Assembly: GCA_040954595.2 (NCBI GenBank)
Contig: CM082589.2
Coordinates: 10,118,894-10,182,893 of the forward strand
Direction: 5' to 3'
Length of the DNA stretch: 64,000 nucleotides
Origin: Balanoglossus misakiensis
Lineage: Eukaryota; Animalia; Hemichordata
A program made the position numbers and the translations under genes. Shown in pieces: positions 14,100-28,599 of the stretch. Under the pieces are notes generated by a model that saw nothing but the letters and a program-made list of their open reading frames with translations, made no database searches and was not told the DNA's origin. Each line of letters starts with the position of its first letter. The first letter of the stretch is position 1.

Positions 14100-17000
14100 T
14101 AGTGGAAAACTTTCTTATGCACATATGCCTATCTATGTGTTCTGCGCCTCACAACAGAATTCGGTAAATAAACGAGGCTGTTTGGAAGCAACCATGGAAA
14201 TTTTACAACTATCCGTCGATCTACAGAGTCTAGTGGAAAACGTTATTATGCGCATAGGCCTATATATGTGTTCTGCGCATCACAACAGAATTTTGTAAAC
14301 AAACGAGGCTGTGTTTGGAAGCAACCATGGAAATTTTAGAACTATCTCTCGATCTACAGAGTCTAGTGGAAAACTTTATTATGCACATATGCCTATCTAT
14401 GTGTTCTGCGCATCACAACAGAAATCGGTAAATAAACGAGGCTGTTTGGAAGCAACCATGGAAATTTTACAGCTATCCGTCGATCTACAGAGTCTAGTGG
14501 AAACGTTCTTATGCGCATAGGCCTATATATGTGTTCTGCGCATCACAACAGAATTTTGTAAACAAACGAGGCTGTGTTTGGTAGCAACCATGGACATTTT
14601 AGAACTATCTCTCGATCTACAGAGTCTATAGTGGAAAACGTTCTTATGCACATATGCCTATCTATGTGTTCTGCGCCTCACAACAGAATTCGGTAAATAA
14701 ACGAGGCTGTTTGGAAGCAACCATGGAAATTTTAGAACTATCTCTCGATGTACAGAGTCTATAGTGGAAAACTTTATTATGCACATATGCCTATCTATGT
14801 GTTCTGCGCATCACAACAGAAATCGGTAAATAAACGAGGCTGTTTGGAAGCAACCATGGAAATTTTACAGCTATCCGTCGATCTACAGAGTCTAGTGGAA
14901 ACGTTCTTATGCGCATAGGCCTATATATGTGTTCTGCGCATCACAACAGAATTTTGTAAACAAACGAGGCTGTGTTTGGTAGCAACCATGGAAATTTTAC
15001 AACTATCTCTCGATCTACAGAGTCTATAGTGGAAAACTTTCTTATTCACATATGCCTATCTATGTGTTCTGCGCCTCAAAACAGAATTCCGCAAATAAAC
15101 GAGGCTGTTTGGAAGCAAACATGGAAGTTTTAGAACTATCTCTCGATCTACAGTGTATAGTGGAAAACGTTCATATGCGCATAGGCCTATCTATGTGTTC
15201 TGCGCATCACAACAGAATTTTGTAAACAATCGAGGATGTGTTTGGAAGCAATCATGGAAATTTTAGAACTATTCGTCGATCTACGGAGTCTAGTGGAAAA
15301 CTTTCTTATGCGCATAGACCTATCATGTGTTCTGCGCCTCACAACAGAAATCGGTAAATAAACGAGGCTGTTTGGAAGCAACCATAGAAATTTTACAGCT
15401 ATCCGTCGATCTACAGAGTCTAGTGGAAACGTTCTTATGCGCATAGGCCTATATATGTGTTCTGCGCATCACAACAGAATGTTGTAAACAAACGAGGCTG
15501 TGTTTGGTAGCAACCATGGACATTTTAGAACTATCTCTCGATCTACAGAGTCTATAGTGGAAAACTTTCTTATGCACATATGCCTATCTATGTGTTCTGC
15601 GCCTCACAACAGAATTCGGTAAATAAACGAGGCTGTTTGGAAGCAACCATGGAAATTTTACAACTATCCGTCGATCTACAGAGTCTAGTGGAAAACGTTA
15701 TTATGCGCATAGGCCTATATATGTGTTCTGCGCATCACAACAGAATTTTGTAAACAAACGAGGCTGTGTTTGGAAGCAACCATGGAAATTTTAGAACTAT
15801 CTCTCGATCTACAGAGTCTAGTGGAAAACTTTATTATGCACATATGCCTATCTATGTGTTCTGCGCATCACAACAGAAATCGGTAAATAAACGAGGCTGT
15901 TTGGAAGCAACCATGGAAATTTTACAGCTATCCGTCGATCTACAGAGTCTAGTGGAAACGTTCTTATGCGCATAGGCCTATATATGTGTTCTGCGCATCA
16001 CAACAGAATTTTGTAAACAAACGAGGCTGTGTTTGGTAGCAACCATGGACATTTTAGAACTATCTCTCGATCTACAGAGTCTATAGTGGAAAACGTTCTT
16101 ATGCACATATGCCTATCTATGTGTTCTGCGCCTCACAACAGAATTCGGTAAATAAACGAGGCTGTTTGGAAGCAACCATGGAAATTTTAGAACTATCTCT
16201 CGATGTACAGAGTCTATAGTGGAAAACTTTATTATGCACATATGCCTATCTATGTGTTCTGCGCATCACAACAGAAATCGGTAAATAAACGAGGCTGTTT
16301 GGAAGCAACCATGGAAATTTTACAGCTATCCGTCGATCTACAGAGTCTAGTGGAAACGTTCTTATGCGCATAGGCCTATATATGTGTTCTGCGCATCACA
16401 ACAGAATTTTGTAAACAAACGAGGCTGTGTTTGGTAGCAACCATGGAAATTTTACAACTATCTCTCGATCTACAGAGTCTATAGTGGAAAACTTTCTTAT
16501 TCACATATGCCTATCTATGTGTTCTGCGCCTCAAAACAGAATTCCGCAAATAAACGAGGCTGTTTGGAAGCAAACATGGAAGTTTTAGAACTATCTCTCG
16601 ATCTACAGTGTATAGTGGAAAACGTTCATATGCGCATAGGCCTATCTATGTGTTCTGCGCATCACAACAGAATTTTGTAAACAATCGAGGATGTGTTTGG
16701 AAGCAATCATGGAAATTTTAGAACTATTCGTCGATCTACGGAGTCTAGTGGAAAACTTTCTTATGCGCATAGGCCTATCATGTGTTCTGCGCCTCACAAC
16801 AGAAATCGGTAAATAAACGAGGCTGTTTGGAAGCAACCATAGAAATTTTACAGCTATCCGTCGATCTACAGAGTCTAGTGGAAACGTTCTTATGCGCATA
16901 GGCCTATATATGTGTTCTGCGCATCACAACAGAATGTTGTAAACAAACGAGGCTGTGTTTGGTAGCAACCATGGACATTTTAGAACTATCTCTCGATCTA

Positions 17001-17200
17001 CAGAGTCTATAGTGGAAAACTTTCTTATGCACATATGCCTATCTATGTGTTCTGCGCCTCACAACAGAATTCGGTAAATAAACGAGGCTGTTTGGAAGCA
17101 ACCATGGAAATTTTACAACTATCCGTCGATCTACAGAGTCTAGTGGAAAACGTTATTATGCGCATAGGCCTATATATGTGTTCTGCGCATCACAACAGAA
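14100..17200. repeat. Local 11-monomer higher-order repeat (period 1455 bp)
   Basis: Recurring ORFs at 14311/15766 and 15187/16642; the rare variant CAGAATGTTG appears at ~15475 and ~16930. Boundaries approximate. Confidence 0.85.
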
Positions 17201-19599
17201 TTTTGTAAACAAACGAGGCTGTGTTTGGAAGCAACCATGGACATTTTAGAACTATCTCTCGATCTACAGAGTCTATAGTTGGAAACTTTCTTATGCACAT
17301 AGGCCTATCTATGTGTTCTGTGCCTCACAACAGAATTCGGTAAATAAACGAGGCTGTTTGGAAGCAACCATGGAAATTTTAGAACTATCCGTCGATCTAC
17401 AGAGTCTAGTGGAAAACGTTCTTATGCGCATAGGCCTATATATGTGTTCTGCGCATCACAACAGAATTTTGTAAACAAACGAGGCTGTGTTTGAAAGCAA
17501 CCATGGAAATTTTAGAACTATCTCTCGATGTACAGAGTCTATAGTGGAAAACTTTCTTATGCACATATGCCTATCTATGTGTTCTGCGCCTCAAAACAGA
17601 ATTCCGTAAATAAACGAGGCTGTTTGGAAGCAAACATGGAAATTTTAGAACTAACTCTCGATCTACAGAGTATAGTGGAAAACGTTCATATGCGCATAGG
17701 CCTATCTATGTGTTCTGCGCATCACAACAGAATTTTGTAAACAAACCAGGCTTTGTTTGGAAGCAACCATGGACATTTTAGAACTATTCGTCGATCTACG
17801 GAGTCTAGTGGAAAACTTTCTTATGCGCATAGGCATATGTATGTGTTCTACGCATCACAACAGAATTCGGTAAATAAACGAGGCTGTTTGGAAACAACCA
17901 TGGAAATTTTTGAACTATCCGTTGATCTAAAGTTGAAAAGTTTTTTATGCGCATAGGCCTATCTATGTGTTCTGCGCCTCACAACAGAAATCGGTAAATA
18001 AACGAGGCTGTTTGGAAGCAACCATGGAAATTTTACAACTATCTCTCGATCTACAGAGTCTATAGTGGAAAACTTTCTTATTCACATATGCCTATCTATG
18101 TGTTCTGCGCCTCAAAACAGAATTCCGCAAATAAACGAGGCTGTTTGGAAGCAAACATGGAAGTTTTAGAACTATCTCTCGATCTACAGTGTATAGTGGA
18201 AAACGTTCATATGCGCATAGGCCTATCTATGTGTTCTGCGCATCACAACAGAATTTTGTAATCAATCGAGGATGTGTTTGGAAGCAATCATGGAAATTTT
18301 AGAACTATCCGTCGATCTACAGAGTCTAGTGGGAAACTTTCTTATGCGCATAGGCATATGTATGTGTTCAGCGCATCACAACAGAATTTTGTAAATGAAC
18401 GAGGCTGTGTTTGGAAACAACCATGGAAATTTTAGAACTATCTCTCGATCTAAAGTTGAAAAGTTTCTTATGCGCATAGGCCTATTACGTGTTCTGCGCC
18501 TCACAACAGAATTCGGTAAATAAACGAGGCTGTTTGGAAGCAACAATGGAAATTTTAGAACTATCCGTCGATCTACGGAGTATAGTGGAAAACGTTCATA
18601 TGCGCATAGGCCTATATATGTGTTCTGCGCATCACAACAGAATTTTGTAAACAATCGAGGATGTGTTTGGAAGCAATCATGGAAATTTTAGAACTATCCG
18701 TCGATCTACAGAGTCTAGTGGGAAACTTTCTTATGCGCATAGGCATATGTATGTGTTCAGCGCATCACAACAGAATTTTGTAAATGAACGAGGCTGTGTT
18801 TGGAAACAACCATGGAAATTTTACAACTATCCGTCGATCTACGGAGTCTGGTGGAAAACTTTCTTATGCGCATAGGCCTATTACGTGCTCTGCGCCTCAC
18901 AACAGAATTCGGTAAATAAACGAGGCTGTTTGGAAGCAACCATGGACATTTTAGAACTATCCGTCGATCTACAGAGTCTAGTGGAAAAATGTCTTATGCG
19001 CATAGGCCTGTCATGTGTTCTGCGCCTCACAACAGAAATCGGTAAATAAACGAGGCTGTTTGGAAGCAACCATGGAAATTGTACAACTATCCGTCGATCT
19101 ACAGAGTCTAGTGGAAAACGTTCTTATGCGCATAGGCCTATCTATGTGTTATGCGCATCACAACAGAAATCGGTAAATAAACGAGGCTGTATTTTGAAGC
19201 AACCATGAAATTTAACAACTATCCGTCGATCTACAGAGTCTGGTGGAAAACTTCCTTATGCGCATAGACCTATTACGTGTTCTGCGCCTCACAACAGAAT
19301 TCCGTAAATAAACGATGCTGTTTGGAAGCAACCATGGAAATTGTACAACTATCCGTCGATCTACAGAGTCTAGTGGAAAACGTTCTTATGCGCATAGGCC
19401 TATCTATGTGTTATGCGCATCTCAACAGAAATCGGTAAATAAACGAGGCTGTGTTTGGAAGCAACCATGGACATTTTAGAACTATCTACAGAGTCTATAG
19501 TGGAAAACTTTCTTATGCACATATGCCTATCTATGTGTTCTGCGCCTCACAACAGAAATCGGTAAATAAACGAGGCTGTTTAAAAGCAACCATGGAAAT

Positions 19600-22500
19600 T
19601 TTACAGCTATCCGTCGATCTACAGAGTCTAGTGGAAACGTTCTTATGCGCATAGGCCTATATATGTGTTCTGCGCATCACAACAGAATTTTGTAAACAAA
19701 CGAGGCTGTGTTTGGAAGCAACCATGGACATTTTAGAACTATCTCTCGATCTACAGAGTCTATAGTGGAAAACTTTCTTATGCACATATGCCTATCTATG
19801 TGTTCTGCGCCTCACAACAGAATTCGGTAAATAAACGAGGCTGTTTGGAAGCAACCATGGAAATTTTACAACTATCCGTCGATCTACAGAGTCTAGTGGA
19901 AAACGTTATTATGCGCATAGGCCTATATATGTGTTCTGCGCATCACAACAGAATTTTGTAAACAAACGAGGCTGTGTTTGGAAGCAACCATGGAAATTTT
20001 AGAACTATCTCTCGATCTACAGAGTCTAGTGGAAAACTTTATTATGCACATATGCCTATCTATGTGTTCTGCGCATCACAACAGAAATCGGTAAATAAAC
20101 GAGGCTGTTTGGAAGCAACCATGGAAATTTTACAACTATCCGTCGATCTACAGAGTCTGGTGGAAAACTTTCTTATGCGCATAGGCATATGTATGTGTTC
20201 TACGCATCACAACAGAATTCGGTAAATAAACGAGGCTGTTTGGAAACAACCATGGAAATTTTTGAACTATCCGTTGATCTAAAGTTGAAAAGTTTTTTAT
20301 GCGCATAGGCCTATCTATGTGTTCTGCGCCTCACAACAGAAATCGGTAAATAAACGAGGCTGTTTGGAAGCAACCATGGAAATTTTACAACTATCTCTCG
20401 ATCTACAGAGTCTATAGTGGAAAACTTTCTTATTCACATATGCCTATCTATGTGTTCTGCGCCTCAAAACAGAATTCCGCAAATAAACGAGGCTGTTTGG
20501 AAGCAAACATGGAAGTTTTAGAACTATCTCTCGATCTACAGTGTATAGTGGAAAACGTTCATATGCGCATAGGCCTATCTATGTGTTCTGCGCATCACAA
20601 CAGAATTTTGTAAACAATCGAGGATGTGTTTGGAAGCAATCATGGAAATTTTAGAACTATCCGTCGATCTACAGAGTCTAGTGGAAACTTTCTTATGCGC
20701 ATAGGCATATGTATGTGTTCAGCGCATCACAACAGAATTTTGTAAATGAACGAGGCTGTGTTTGGAAACAACCATGGAAATTTTACAACTATCCGTCGAT
20801 CTACGGAGTCTGGTGGAAAACTTTCTTATGCGCATAGGCCTATTACGTGCTCTGCGCCTCACAACAGAATTCGGTAAATAAACGAGGCTGTTTGGAAGCA
20901 ACCATGGAAATTTTAGAACTATCCGTCGATCTACAGAGTCTAGTGGAAAAATGTCTTATGCGCATAGGCCTATCATGTGTTCTGCGCCTCACAACAGAAA
21001 TCGGTAAATAAACGAGGCTGTTTGGAAGCAACCATGGAAATTGTACAACTATCCGTCGATGTACAGAGTCTAGTGGAAAACGTTATTATGCGCATAGGCC
21101 TATATATGTGTTATGCGCATCACAACAGAAATCGGTAAATAAACGAGGCTGTATTTGGAAGCAACCATGAAATTTTACAACTATCCGTCGATCTACAGAG
21201 TCTGGTGGAAAACTTCCTTATGCGCATAGACCTATTACGTGTTCTGCGCCTCACAACAGAATTCGGTAAATAAACGATGCTGTTTGGAAGCAACCATGGA
21301 AATTGTACAACTATCCGTCGATCTACAGAGTCTAGTGGAAAACGTTCTTATGCGCATAGGCCTATCTATGTGTTATGCGCATCACAACAGAAATCGGTAA
21401 ATAAACGAGGCTGTGTTTGGAAGCAACCATGGACATTTTAGAACTATCTCTCGATCTACAGAGTCTGTAGTGGAAAACTTTCTTATGCACATATGCCTAT
21501 CTATGTGTTCTGCGCCTCACAACAGAATTCGGTAAATAAACGAGGCTGTTTGGAAGCAACCATGGAAATTTTACAGCTATCCGTCGATCTACAGAGTCTA
21601 GTGGAAACGTTCTTATGCGCATAGGCCTATATATGTGTTCTGCGCATCACAACAGAATTTTGTAAACAAACGAGGCTGTGTTTGGAAGCAACCATGGACA
21701 TTTTAGAACTATCTCTCGATCTACAGAGTCTATAGTGGAAAACTTTCTTATGCACATATGCCTATCTATGTGTTCTGCGCCTCACAACAGAATTCGGTAA
21801 ATAAACGAGGCTGTTTGGAAGCAACCATGGAAATTTTACAACTATCCGTCGATCTACAGAGTCTAGTGGAAAACGTTATTATGCGCATAGGCCTATATAT
21901 GTGTTCTGCGCATCACAACAGAATTTTGTAAACAAACGAGGCTGTGTTTGGAAGCAACCATGGAAATTTTAGAACTATCTCTCGATCTACAGAGTCTAGT
22001 GGAAAACTTTATTATGCACATATGCCTATCTATGTGTTCTGCGCATCACAACAGAAATCGGTAAATAAACGAGGCTGTTTGGAAGCAACCATGGAAATTT
22101 TACAACTATCCGTCGATCTACAGAGTCTGGTGGAAAACTTTCTTATGCGCATAGGCATATGTATGTGTTCTACGCATCACAACAGTATTCGGTAAATAAA
22201 CGAGGCTGTTTGGAAACAACCATGGAAATTTTTGAACTATCCGTTGATCTAAAGTTGAAAAGTTTTTTATGCGCATAGGCCTATCTATGTGTTCTGCGCC
22301 TCACAACAGAAATCGGTAAATAAACGAGGCTGTTTGGAAGCAACCATGGAAATTTTACAACTATCTCTCGATCTACAGAGTCTATAGTGGAAAACTTTCT
22401 TATTCACATATGCCTATCTATGTGTTCTGCGCCTCAAAACAGAATTCCGCAAATAAACGAGGCTGTTTGGAAGCAAACATGGAAGTTTTAGAACTATCTC

Positions 22501-24130
22501 TCGATCTACAGTGTATAGTGGAAAACGTTCATATGCGCATAGGCCTATCTATGTGTTCTGCGCATCACAACAGAATTTTGTAAACAATCGAGGATGTGTT
22601 TGGAAGCAATCATGGAAATTTTAGAACTATCCGTCGATCTACAGAGTCTAGTGGAAACTTTCTTATGCGCATAGGCATATGTATGTGTTCAGCGCATCAC
22701 AACAGAATTTTGTAAATGAACGAGGCTGTGTTTGGAAACAACCATGGAAATTTTACAACTATCCGTCGATCTACGGAGTCTGGTGGAAAACTTTCTTATG
22801 CGCATAGGCCTATTACGTGCTCTGCGCCTCACAACAGAATTCGGTAAATAAACGAGGCTGTTTGGAAGCAACCATGGAAATTTTAGAACTATCCGTCGAT
22901 CTACAGAGTCTAGTGGAAAAATGTCTTATGCGCATAGGCCTATCATGTGTTCTGCGCCTCACAACAGAAATCGGTAAATAAACGAGGCTGTTTGGAAGCA
23001 ACCATGGAAATTGTACAACTATCCGTCGATGTACAGAGTCTAGTGGAAAACGTTATTATGCGCATAGGCCTATATATGTGTTATGCGCATCACAACAGAA
23101 ATCGGTAAATAAACGAGGCTGTATTTGGAAGCAACCATGAAATTTTACAACTATCCGTCGATCTACAGAGTCTGGTGGAAAACTTCCTTATGCGCATAGA
23201 CCTATTACGTGTTCTGCGCCTCACAACAGAATTCGGTAAATAAACGATGCTGTTTGGAAGCAACCATGGAAATTGTACAACTATCCGTCGATCTACAGAG
23301 TCTAGTGGAAAACGTTCTTATGCGCATAGGCCTATCTATGTGTTATGCGCATCACAACAGAAATCGGTAAATAAACGAGGCTGTGTTTGGAAGCAACCAT
23401 GGACATTTTAGAACTATCTCTCGATCTACAGAGTCTGTAGTGGAAAACTTTCTTATGCACATATGCCTATCTATGTGTTCTGCGCCTCACAACAGAATTC
23501 GGTAAATAAACGAGGCTGTTTGGAAGCAACCATGGAAATTTTACAGCTATCCGTCGATCTACAGAGTCTAGTGGAAACGTTCTTATGCGCATAGGCCTAT
23601 ATATGTGTTCTGCGCATCACAACAGAATTTTGTAAACAAACGAGGCTGTGTTTGGAAGCAACCATGGACATTTTAGAACTATCTCTCGATCTACAGAGTC
23701 TATAGTGGAAAACTTTATTATGCACATATGCCTATCTATGTGTTCTGCGCCTCACAACAGAATTCGGTAAATAAACGAGGCTGTTTGGAAGCAACCATGG
23801 AAATTTTACAACTATCCGTCGATCTACAGAGTCTAGTGGAAAACGTTATTATGCGCATAGGCCTATATATGTGTTCTGCGCATCACAACAGAATTTTGTA
23901 AACAAACGAGGCTGTGTTTGGAAGCAACCATGGAAATTTTAGAACTATCTCTCGATCTACAGAGTCTAGTGGAAAACTTTATTATGCACATATGCCTATC
24001 TATGTGTTCTGCGCATCACAACAGAAATCGGTAAATAAACGAGGCTGTTTGGAAGCAACCATGGAAATTTTACAACTATCCGTCGATCTACAGAGTCTGG
24101 TGGAAAACTTTCTTATGCGCATAGGCCTAT
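19600..24130. repeat. Local 15-monomer higher-order repeat (period 1970 bp)
   Basis: Recurring ORFs at 19974/21944/23914, 20719/22689 and 20843/22813. Boundaries approximate. Confidence 0.85.
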
Positions 24131-27100
24131 TACGTGCTCTGCGCCTCACAACAGAATTCGGTAAATAAACGAGGCTGTTTGGAAGCAACCATGGACATTG
24201 TACAACTATCCGTCGATCTACAAAGTCTAGTGGAAACGTTCTTATGCGCATAGGCCTATCAATGTGTTATGCGCATCACAACAGAAATCGGTAAATAAAC
24301 GAGGCTGTATTTGGAAGCAACCATGAAATTTTACAACTATCCGTCGATCTACAGAGTCTAGTGGAAAAATGTCTCATGCGCATAGGCCTATCATGTGTTC
24401 TGCGCCTCACAACAGAAATCGGTAAATAAACGAGGCTGTTTGGAAGCAACCATGGAAATTTTACAGCTATCCGTCGATCTACAGAGTCTAGTGGAAAACG
24501 TTCTTATGCGCATAGGCCTATCTATGTGTTATGCGCATCACAACTGAAATCGGTAAATAAACGAGGCTGTGTTTGGAAGCAACCATGGACATTTTAGAAC
24601 TATCTCTCGATCTACAGAGTCTGTAGTGGAAAACTTTCTTATGCACATATGCCTATCTATGTGTTCTGCGCCTCACAACAGAATTCGGTAAATAAACGAG
24701 GCTGTTTGGAAGCAACCATGGAAATTTTACAGCTATCCGTCGATCTACAGAGTCTAGTGGAAAACGTTATTATGCGCATAGGCCTATATATGTGTTCTGC
24801 GCATCACAACAGAATTTTGTAAACAAACGAGGCTGTGTTTGGAAGCAACCATGGACATTTTAGAACTATCTCTCGATCTACAGAGTCTATAGTGGAAAAC
24901 TTTCTTATGCACATATGCCTATCTATGTGTTCTGCGCCTCACAACAGAATTCGGTAAATAAACGAGGCTGTTTGGAAGCAACCATGGAAATTTTACAACT
25001 ATCCGTCGATCTACAGAGTCTAGTGGAAAACGTTATTATGCGCATAGGCCTATATATGTGTTCTGCGCATCACAACAGAATTTTGTAAACAAACGAGGCT
25101 GTGTTTGGAAGCAACCATGGAAATTTTAGAACTATCTCTCGATCTACAGAGTCTAGTGGAAAACTTTATTATGCACATATGCCTATCTATGTGTTCTGCG
25201 CATCACAACAGAAATCGGTAAATAAACGAGGCTGTTTGGAAGCAACCATGGAAATTTTACAACTATCCGTCGATCTACAGAGTCTGGTGGAAAACTTTCT
25301 TATGCGCATAGGCCTATTACGTGCTCTGCGCCTCACAACAGAATTCGGTAAATAAACGAGGCTGTTTGGAAGCAACCATGGAAATTTTAGAACTATCCGT
25401 CGATCTACAGAGTCTAGTGGAAAAATGTCTTATGCGCATAGGCCTATCATGTGTTCTGCGCCTCACAACAGAAATCGGTAAATAAACGAGGCTGTTTGGA
25501 AGCAACCATGGAAATTGTACAACTATCCGTCGATCTAAAGAGTCTAGTGGAAAACGTTCTTATGCGCATAGGCCTATCTATGTGTTATGCGCATCACAAC
25601 AGAAATCGGTAAATAAACGAGGCTGTATTTGGAAGCAACCATGAAATTTTACAACTATCCGTCGATCTACAGAGTCTGGTGGAAAACTTCCTTATGCGCA
25701 TAGACCTATTACGTGTTCTGCGCCTCACAACAGAATTCGGTAAATAAACGAGGCTGTTTGGAAGCAACCATGGACATTGTAGAACTATCCGTCGATCTAC
25801 AAAGTCTAGTGGAAACGTTCTTATGCGCATAGGCCTATCAATGTGTTATGCGCATCACAACAGAAATCGGTAAATAAACGAGGCTGTATTTGGAAGCAAC
25901 CATGAAATTTTACAACTATCCGTCGATCTACAGAGTCTAGTGGAAAAATGTCTCATGCGCATAGGCCTATCATGTGTTCTGCGCCTCACAACAGAAATCG
26001 GTAAATAAACGAGGCTGTTTGGAAGCAACCATGGAAATTTTACAGCTATCCGTCGATCTACAGAGTCTAGTGGAAAAATGTCTCATGCGCATAGGCCTAT
26101 CATGTGTTCTGCGCCTCACAACAGAAATCGGTAAATAAACGAGGCTGTTTGGAAGCAACCATGGAAATTTTACAGCTATCCGTCGATCTACAGAGTCTAG
26201 TGGAAACGTTCTTATGCGCATAGGCCTATATATGTGTTCTAGGCATCACAACAGAATTTTGTAAACAAACGAGGCTGTGTTTGGTAGCAACCATGGACAT
26301 TTTAGAACTATCTCTCGATCTACAGAGTCTATAGTGGAAAACTTTCTTATGCACATATGCCTATCTATGTGTTCTGCGCCTCACAACAGAATTCGGTAAA
26401 TAAACGAGGCTGTTTGGAAGCAACCATGGAAATTTTACAACTATCCGTCGATCTACAGAGTCTAGTGGAAAACGTTATTATGCGCATAGGCCTATATATG
26501 TGTTCTGCGCATCACAACAGAATTTTGTAAACAAACGAGGCTGTGTTTGGAAGCAACCATGGACATTTTAGAACTATCTCTCGATCTACAGAGTCTATAG
26601 TGGAAAACTTTCTTATGCACATAGGCCTATCAATGTGTTCTGTGCCTCACAACAGAATTCGGTAAATAAACGAGGCTGTTTGGAAGCAACCATGGAAATT
26701 TTAGAACTGTCCGTCGATCTACAGAGTCTAGTGGAAAACGTTCTTATGCGCATAGGCCTATATATGTGTTCTGCGCATCACAACAGAATTTTGTAAACAA
26801 ACGAGGCTGTGTTTGGAAGCAACCATGGAAATTTTAGAACTATCTCTCGATGTACAGAGTCTATAGTGGAAAACTTTCTTATGCACATATGCCTATCTAT
26901 GTGTTCTGCGCCTCAAAACAGAATTCCGTCAATAAACGAGGCTGTTTGGAAGCAACCATGGACATTTTAGAACTATTCGTCGATCTACGGAGTCTAGTGG
27001 AAAACTTTCTTATGCGCATAGGCATATGTATGTGTTCTACGCATCACAACAGAATTCGGTAAATAAACGAGGCTGTTTGGAAACAACCATGGAAATTTTT

Positions 27101-28599
27101 GAACTATCCGTTGATCTAAAGTTGAAAAGTTTTTTATGCGCATAGGCCTATCTATGTGTTCTGCGCCTCACAACAGAAATCGGTAAATAAACGAGGCTGT
27201 TTGGAAGCAACCATGGAAATTTTACAACTATCTCTCGATCTACAGAGTCTATAGTGGAAAACTTTCTTATTCACATATGCCTATCTATGTGTTCTGCGCC
27301 TCAAAACAGAATTCCGCAAATAAACGAGGCTGTTTGGAAGCAAACATGGAAGTTTTAGAACTATCTCTGGATCTACAGTGTATAGTGGAAAACGTTCATA
27401 TGCGCACAGGCCTATCTATGTGTTCTGCGCATCACAACAGAATTTTGTAAACAATCGAGGATGTGTTTGGAAGAAATCATGGAAATTTTAGAACTATCCG
27501 TCGATCTACAGAGTCTAGTGGGAAACTTTCTTATGCGCATAGGCATATGTATGTGTTCAGCGCATCACAACAGAATTTTGTAAATGAACGAGGCTGTGTT
27601 TGGAAACAACCATGGAACTTTTACAACTATCCGTCGATCTACGGAGTCTGGTGGAAAACTTTCTTATGCGCATAGGCCTATTGCGTGCTCTGCGCCTCAC
27701 AACAGAATTCGGTAAATAAACGAGGCTGTTTGGAAGCAACCATGGAAATTTTAGAACTATCCGTCGATCTACAGAGTCTAGTGGAAAAATGTCTTATGCG
27801 CATAGGCCTATCATGTGTTCTGCGCCTCACAACAGAAATCGGTAAATAAACGAGGCTGTTTGGAAGCAACCATAGAAATTGTACAACTATCCGTCGATCT
27901 ACATAGTCTAGTGGAAAACGTTCTTATGCGCATAGGCCTATCTATGTGTTATGCGCATCACAACAGAAATCGGTAAATAAACGAGGCTGTATTTGGAAGC
28001 AACCATGGAATTTTACAACTATCCGTCGATCTACAGAGTCTGGTGGAAAACTTCCTTATGCGCATAGACCTATTACGTGTTCTGCGCCTCACAACAGAAT
28101 TCGGTAAATAAACGATGCTGTTTGGAAGCAACCATGGAAATTGTACAACTATCCGTCGATCTACAGAGTCTAGTGGAAAACGTTCTTATGCGCATAGGCC
28201 TATCTATGTGTTATGCGCATCACAACAGAAATCGGTAAATAAACGAGGCTGTGTTTGGAAGCAACCATGGACATTTTAGAACTATCTCTCGATCTACAGA
28301 GTCTATAGTGGAAAACTTTCTTATGCACATATGCCTATCTATGTGTTCTGCGCCTCACAACAGAAATCGGTAAATAAACGAGGCTGTTTAAAAGCAACCA
28401 TGGAAATTTTACAGCTATCCGTCGATCTACAGAGTCTAGTGGAAACGTTCTTATGCGCATAGGCCTATATATGTGTTCTGCGCATCATAACAGAATTTTG
28501 TAAACAAACGAGGCTGTGTTTGGGAGCAACCATGGACATTTTAGAACTATCTCTCGATCTACAGAGTCTATAGTGGAAAACTTTCTTATGCACATATGC